Source of the DNA: a virus
Direction: 5' to 3' (one strand)
IMG/VR virus record: IMGVR_UViG_3300037247_001602
Span: 1 to 64,000 of that record
DNA: 64,000 nucleotides
The notes under the pieces are model-generated. The model was not told the origin of the DNA. It saw nothing but the letters and a program-made list of their open reading frames with translations, and made no database searches. How positions within the stretch are numbered: the stretch's first letter is position 1; every line of letters starts with the position of its first letter. This document shows positions 58,002 to 64,000 of this stretch, piece by piece. The position numbers were made by a program, and so were the translations under genes.

Positions 58002-58193
58002 ACGGACATTCAGTTCTCTGAAAGATTTCTCGGACGCCTTCTTTCGAGAGCATGTCAAGAAGGGAGGAGCCACCCAAAAGAAAAGGGCCGGCGCACGCAA
58101 GAAACGCGCAACGCCTGTCAGTGGCAAGACATAGCAAGTTATTGCCGGGACTAAATTCCGGGACATAGAGCCGCACGGTAAAGAAAAAGGGCC

Positions 58194-61100
58194 TTAGCCC
58201 TTCTTCTTTTTACCTTTCTTCTTGGCCTTGGATCTTTCGTCGTGCACTCCGTATGCAAAGGCATGGAGAGATTCTGCGAATATGAAAATGGCGACTTGAC
58301 GAACATAGGGTGATTCCTTTCCTTTCCTTCGCACTACAAATACCTTCATTGGAGAAAGCTCTACTTCATATCCCAGGCGTTCGAGTTTTTTTACGGATGC
58401 GAGATATAGATTTACGACGGTGCAGTCTTCCATCCTATACCTCCTTGAGATCAGTGATGAGAAGCAGAACGAATGCTTCGGGTAGCGCGTCAATCCTTAC
58501 CGTGTTCAGTTTTTTGTACTGTTTCAGGTTCATTTTCTTCCTCCTGAATTCTCTTCGGGCTTCTGAACGAGAATGACACACTTGTGGCCATTTCGAAGTT
58601 GTGGCCGCATTCGCAGCAGTGTGCATCATGATCTCCGTCAGCCAGGAGATCGTAATTCTCGCATGCCATCGGGTCCCAGAGGTGTCCACACTTCGGGCAG
58701 CGCAAAAACGAGTCATGCCAGAATTCCTCTGTCCCCCCAGCCTTTCTGCACTGGTGGCAAAGGGCTGGATGCCCCCTGCTAAACATGATATGACCATGGC
58801 ACTTCTGGCAGTTCTCGCCGTTGTCTATCTGCGCCTGGTGTAAAGCGCGCCAATCGATTTTACCATTTGCTTTCCTGAAGCTATCCATCTTGACTAGGCT
58901 CATCGCTCCCCCCTTTCCCAGCGAAGACTTTGCGAATGTGGTGGTAGTTTGCGAGAAACAGGAATATCGCCCAGGCCGCCACAACAACCCACCATTCCAT
59001 ATACGGGGACCAGAGCAGCATGAGGAATCCGATTGTTATTATGATCTGCGCCATCACTTCCTCCTTTCTTTTTAGCTATATCATCCCTACTCATTCTATC
59101 CTTTCAATCCTTGCAATCTCGAACCCATCTCTGAGCTTCACGACCATTCTGCCCACAGTCTTGACTGCTTCTTGTTGCGAAAAACCGTCCGGGTCCCACT
59201 TGTCAATCTCTACGATGGCCTCTCGCAACACCTTAATTTTAGCCTCGTGGATGGCATCGGCATTTTTCTTCCAGTGCCAGATCCCCAAGAACGCCGTGTA
59301 CAGATAGGCCGTGAACAGCCCCGCAGCCGCCCACTGTTCGTGCCAGCAGAAGTATACGATCCATCCGGTGTTGCCTGGAACCCAGCAGTAGAATCCCTCG
59401 ATTCTCTTCTTGGCGATGAGCCACGCCCCAGCGATACCCAGTGCCGTACAGGTCCAGGATAGGATTTCCCAGAGCATTATTTTTTCCTCCTAATCAGGCG
59501 CATTCTCTCCAATGCTGCCTTTGGTTTGCATCTTCTTGATCTTGGCGAGGGCCTTGTCCAGCACCTGACGAGCATCGCTGGGAGTGCCTAGAGACCCAAT
59601 GAGCAGCGTGCCCGCACTTTCCATTGCCGTCCGCGCCACGTCCAGCCGTTCCTCGCAATCACTCAGACATTCACACGTCACATCCAGACTTCTTTGTAGA
59701 TTCGTATTGCTGAGATTCATTTTCCCCACCGCCGTGCATATGGCGTCGGCGATATGTTCCGTCGAACGCACGATTCTGTCCTTAACCATCTCGTCGGTGC
59801 ACCCCAGGATAGACGGCCCTCTGTTACACTTCTTCGCCGCTTCCCGCGCCAGTTCCTCAATGCGTGCGTCATCCTCGGTGATCTCGATGGGCTCGTTCAC
59901 GGCTGATTCTCCTTGTTTGGCCTCACGGGCGGCGGCGATAACTGCCTGAGAAGGCGGGAAATTGCCGAACACGGCGATGCGTAGATCCGCCAGAGATTGC
60001 AGGTGAGCCAATTCGCGTTCTTTACTCTCATCTAATCCATTCTTGATCTGGGCTTCAATCAACACGATACGCCTAGCATTTGTCGCGTCCCAATTCCTCG
60101 TCACGGCCAACACCGCCTTAACCGTGTCCTTCTCCACCGGCTCCAGTTTCGCCGCCAGTTCCTCGACGAGGGGAGAGACATGACGGTAAATAGCCTGAGC
60201 CTTAGAAACCATTCCGTCGGCTGCCTTCAAACATGCATCCGCCAACCGTTTACGGATTTCGTCCTTTTCCTTATTCATCCTCATTCTCCACCAACAATTC
60301 CATGAGTTCTTGTATCTTCTCCCGGCTGAATTCTGGATTTTGCCGCTCATCCTGTCCACTGATCATTGCTTGGATGATCTTCTCTGCGGCACAGTTATAG
60401 GCCCCCCCTGCCTCTTTGGTGGCGAATAGATCCAAGTGGATTAGTCTCTCGCCCTTTGGAAGAAATTTGAAGGGGATTGTCTCTTTGCAGGCGGGGCACA
60501 ACATCGCTGCCGCCGTCATCATTCCCCTGTAGAATGCGTATTCAAGGAGCTGGATCGTCGGTTGGTTGAAGTGCCGCTCCCTCTCCTCGAACTTCTCCTG
60601 AAACTGCTGATCGTATAAGTCCATCGTTATCCTCCTCGAAGCGAACAACATCATTATGACCTGGTGGAATAACTTCTTCGTAGGGATTCCCATCGAAGAG
60701 TTTAGCAACAGGAATGAGTTCGTAGCCTTCTTTTTCGTCCGGATTGTAGTTTACTGCACAGATTACATAGATCTTTTCGCCGTCAGCTTTTCTGGTGCAT
60801 TCTACGAGAGCAAGCATCCCGTCATCAGCCGCCTGTACCATCGTATTAAAGTTGGCCTTGTAGCCTTCTGGGATCGCCATGGATCACCTCTCTTCGTCTG
60901 GCAGTTTGGCGCAAACAGGGCAAGCCAAACCGATGAGTTCATAGCTATCGGAATCTACCTCTCTCCAGCCATCCGCATAGAGACGTTTTGCTAGTTTGTT
61001 GCCTAAATTTATGGAATCAATGAGGCCGTAAGGAATCATTCCTTCATCTTTCTCTTCACAGAACACACACTCTGCGTTCGCGAGTAGGAAGAAATCGATA

Positions 61101-63998
61101 TGTTCGCGAATTAGTTTGATTCTTTCATGCTTTTTGGGTGAAGGCCTGCCGCCTTTCTTGGCCTTTTTCTTCTTCTTTTTAGCCATAACCTTGCTCCTTC
61201 GCACGTGCCCGCACGGTTTTCGAGCGCTTGAGAGCCTCCTCCTGCGTTTTGTATTCGAATCTGCCTTCTTCCTCAAACTCATCGACGAGATCTCGCAGTT
61301 CTCTATCCGATGGAAACCAGTTGTATGGCGTTCCATGGCTCGTTAGAATTTGGATCGCATGCCATATATTCGCCTCGAATAGATCCAGGCGCTTTGTGTC
61401 CTTGTCTCGCTCTGCATTCTTGAACGAGACGCCGATACCGATACCTATGAGAATGGACAGTGGAATCAAAAACACCATATCACTCCTCCTTCCTCGCTCT
61501 CTCATGCTCCTTTATCTCGCGCAGTTGTCCTTCCGAGGGTTTAACCAATTTAGTTCTGTCTTTTGGAGGCAATTTCAAGAAGCAGCGTATACACATCAAG
61601 GCCTCGCCACCTGAGTGGATTAGACTGGCCTTGCTGGCCCAAACGTCTTTCCTACATGTGTCGCATTTCTTGATGAGGCTGCCTCCCGCTACATGCTCAA
61701 GAGGTATGTCAGCCACGCGATGGCAAACCAGAACTGATTTTTCTGTCATTCTTAAGCTCCTTATACCGTTCTCATTGGTCATCTAACCTGTTTGGTTCGT
61801 GTTTGATGATGGCGACTGCTCTATGTCTAAACACAGCCACGTATCTTTCGCCCTCATATTTGATCTCGTAGATTTTGTAATCCCCCACTGTGCCAATTAG
61901 CTTGGCCTGGGCTGGCTGTTCATTAATAATGTTCGGTTGAGACTTCTCGGTAGCATTCAGCGCTAAAGCCAATCCGAATCCCAATATGGCAATCAGCGAG
62001 ATGCTTAGAAGGGCCTTTGCTACATAATTGTCCATGTTATCCTCCCATGAAACTCTTGATGATGTGCCAAATGAATGAAATGAAGAAGGCCAGGGCGCCG
62101 ATGCTGACTCCGCAGGATGCTATTATTGCCATGGCCGATCCGACTATGACCGCGCCAGGTCTCTTACCTTCGAATGCCACTATGATCACTGCTCCCAGTA
62201 GACCTAGCACAAGCGAACTTGTAATTGTGATAGCCGTCCATTTCATCATCATCGCAGAAGTTACTTCTTCCATCGTCTTACCCCTCTCTTGTACTTAGGT
62301 GACAACCTCGTCTTGCTCCACCTGGTTTTGGAAGAACTCAACCACCTCGTTATATACTTTCTCTGGATTATCAGGCTCCAAAATACAGAAGAACTCGCGA
62401 TCTTCCCAGTAGATTTCGACGCCCAACTCCTGGGATAGATGATCATCATAGGTATCTTCCAAGCCTTCATCCGCGATATTCTGTGGCGGAAATTCAGGGA
62501 ATTCGATCGTGACATTTCCATCTTCAGTGAGCGAAATTGTCGGGTCCCAACCCGATTGCTCATCGAATCCTTCAATCGTCTGGCTTTTGCTGACCATTTT
62601 GATCTTCCTTTTTTCCGTTGGTTTCAGGTTCTCCAGCATCTGATTTTCATTGTTCTCGATGAACTCTTCGAGTTCATGATAGATTTCCCTCTCAACATCC
62701 ATAATTAGCCGGACGAACAATCGGCGCCTGTCCATGGAACAGAATTGTCCAACAAGCCTTTTTATAATGCTGACTCTGGCAGATTGGATGAGTTGATTTC
62801 CATGCATATTTACATATTCTTTGAAAGCGCCTTCGACAATCATATTCACAAAATTGCGAATCTTCTGTTCGGCCTGAGGACGCCCTTGGCGCTGAATCAA
62901 TTTGATTCGTTCATTTTTCTTTCTCAGAATATATTTAAGTCTTTCTACTTCCTCTTGCGGATTTTGCGGACTTGCGGGGCTTTGATCCATTTTCTCCTCC
63001 TTGAACGCACTGCGGATCATCATATCGCCCAGCGCTATGTTCAGAGCGTCAGAAATGCCTGTCTTTTGGGGATTACGCATTGGCCATTGCCTCCAGTGTC
63101 TCGCCCAGGACAGCATCCAGATTCATACTGATGGCCATAGGCTCTTTCGTATACAGAATCTGGAGCTTCCGCTTGGCATCAGCAGACAGACGTAGCGAAG
63201 CGTTCAGCATGATCTCCAGCAGGGCGGCATCGGAACCAAAGGCATCCTCTTCGAGGTACTTGACATAGGTCCGCTGCGCTGGCAGAGGCACCGGCATTTT
63301 CTCTTGCTTGGACGTTGTGACTGCACGAGAAAGAGCATCATCGATGGCTCTTGGCAGCTTGTTCGGATCTGTGAGATTCATGGTGTTTCTCCATATCCGC
63401 CAGCATCTGCCGGCGCTCTTCTTCTAGTTTCTCTTTGTCGATGCCGAGGAACTCCAAGATCAAGTCCTCGCTCTTGGCATTTGCGGGAGTCAGCCATTTA
63501 CAGCCTGGCTCAAAGTACGCCAATTCGTAGGCCTGATCGCGCTCTTCTGTCAGCCACACCATAAATCGGCGTAGATCCTTTATATTTGAGTGGCGCAGCT
63601 TTTCGGTTTCGGGGTAACTGGGCATCAGTCCTCCTTCTTCACCATCAGGCCTTTGATCACAGCCACTAGATCAGAAATGTCCAGCCTGCGCCCGAACTTC
63701 GTCGTGAAAAGTGAGCTTTGCAGGTAGTCCGTAATCTCGCGATCGAGAAAACCGTCGGCGAACATAGAGGCAATCCATTCGGCAAGTTTCTTTCGATTTT
63801 CAGAGTTCATCTGGCCCTCCTCTTTTTCAGGATCAATCCTCTTCCTATGTCGCCTTCGCAAACCCATTTGGGATTCTCTTTGGCGTCGATATAGAAGACA
63901 TTGAATCTCTCCCTGTACTTGGGGCGGACTATATCTTTGACATTTCGCGCCCAGATTTCCAGTAACACCCGATTGTCGCGCAGAAGCACCTTAATCAC
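58194..63998 (-). other. Cluster of about 16 small, tightly overlapping hypothetical ORFs (early-type), several with Zn-ribbons or TM helices
   Basis: Co-directional coupled ORFs with GGAGG-type RBS (e.g. 58490-58903, 59490-60278, 60542-60880, 61772-62035, 62037-62273, 63073-63381, 63338-63625). Confidence 0.6.
59091..59477 (-). CDS. Small PnuC-like membrane protein
   Basis: Three TM helices, GAWLIAKKRIEGFYCW..GN pattern. Confidence 0.45.
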   Translation of the reverse strand: MLWEILSWTCTALGIAGAWLIAKKRIEGFYCWVPGNTGWIVYFCWHEQWAAAGLFTAYLYTAFLGIWHWKKNADAIHEAKIKVLREAIVEIDKWDPDGFSQQEAVKTVGRMVVKLRDGFEIARIERIE

Positions 63999-64000
63999 CA

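Noticed and set aside
1-64000. Stop-codon recoding
   Set aside because: Long ORFs are intact in code 11 and TAG, TGA and TAA all terminate tightly packed genes.

Overview
This 64-kb window is from a large (probably jumbo) contractile-tailed dsDNA phage using the standard genetic code. Plus-strand blocks encode baseplate, tail-fibre, lysis-like and Ig-like virion proteins (1-14.3 kb), portal and head proteins (29.8-40.5 kb), and a 2006-aa single-chain beta-beta' RNA polymerase, SNF2 helicase, LigD-phosphoesterase/ligase fusion and baseplate spike (41.8-58 kb). Minus-strand blocks hold early-type genes (DUF932-like, MoxR/VWA pair, many small ORFs). The main finding is at 14.4-17.65 kb: a retron-type reverse transcriptase (NAxxH, YADD, VTG motifs; Cys-rich N-terminal extension) preceded by about 1.46 kb of non-coding DNA that parses as five tandem retron-like ncRNA units. 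Each unit has an a1/a2 inverted repeat, a candidate branching G and a conserved GGCG-UUU-CGCC-type hairpin. One primer unit is followed by nine hairpin cassettes, each closed by a GGAAAGGUAGGC repeat complementary to its a2 arm. This looks like a natural multiplexed retron able to make about 13 distinct msDNA hairpins from one RT. Also notable: two circularly permuted tRNA mimics, a shared N-terminal IEKIA motif on many late proteins, and two promoter classes. All calls are from reading the sequence by eye; no searches or folding programs were run.
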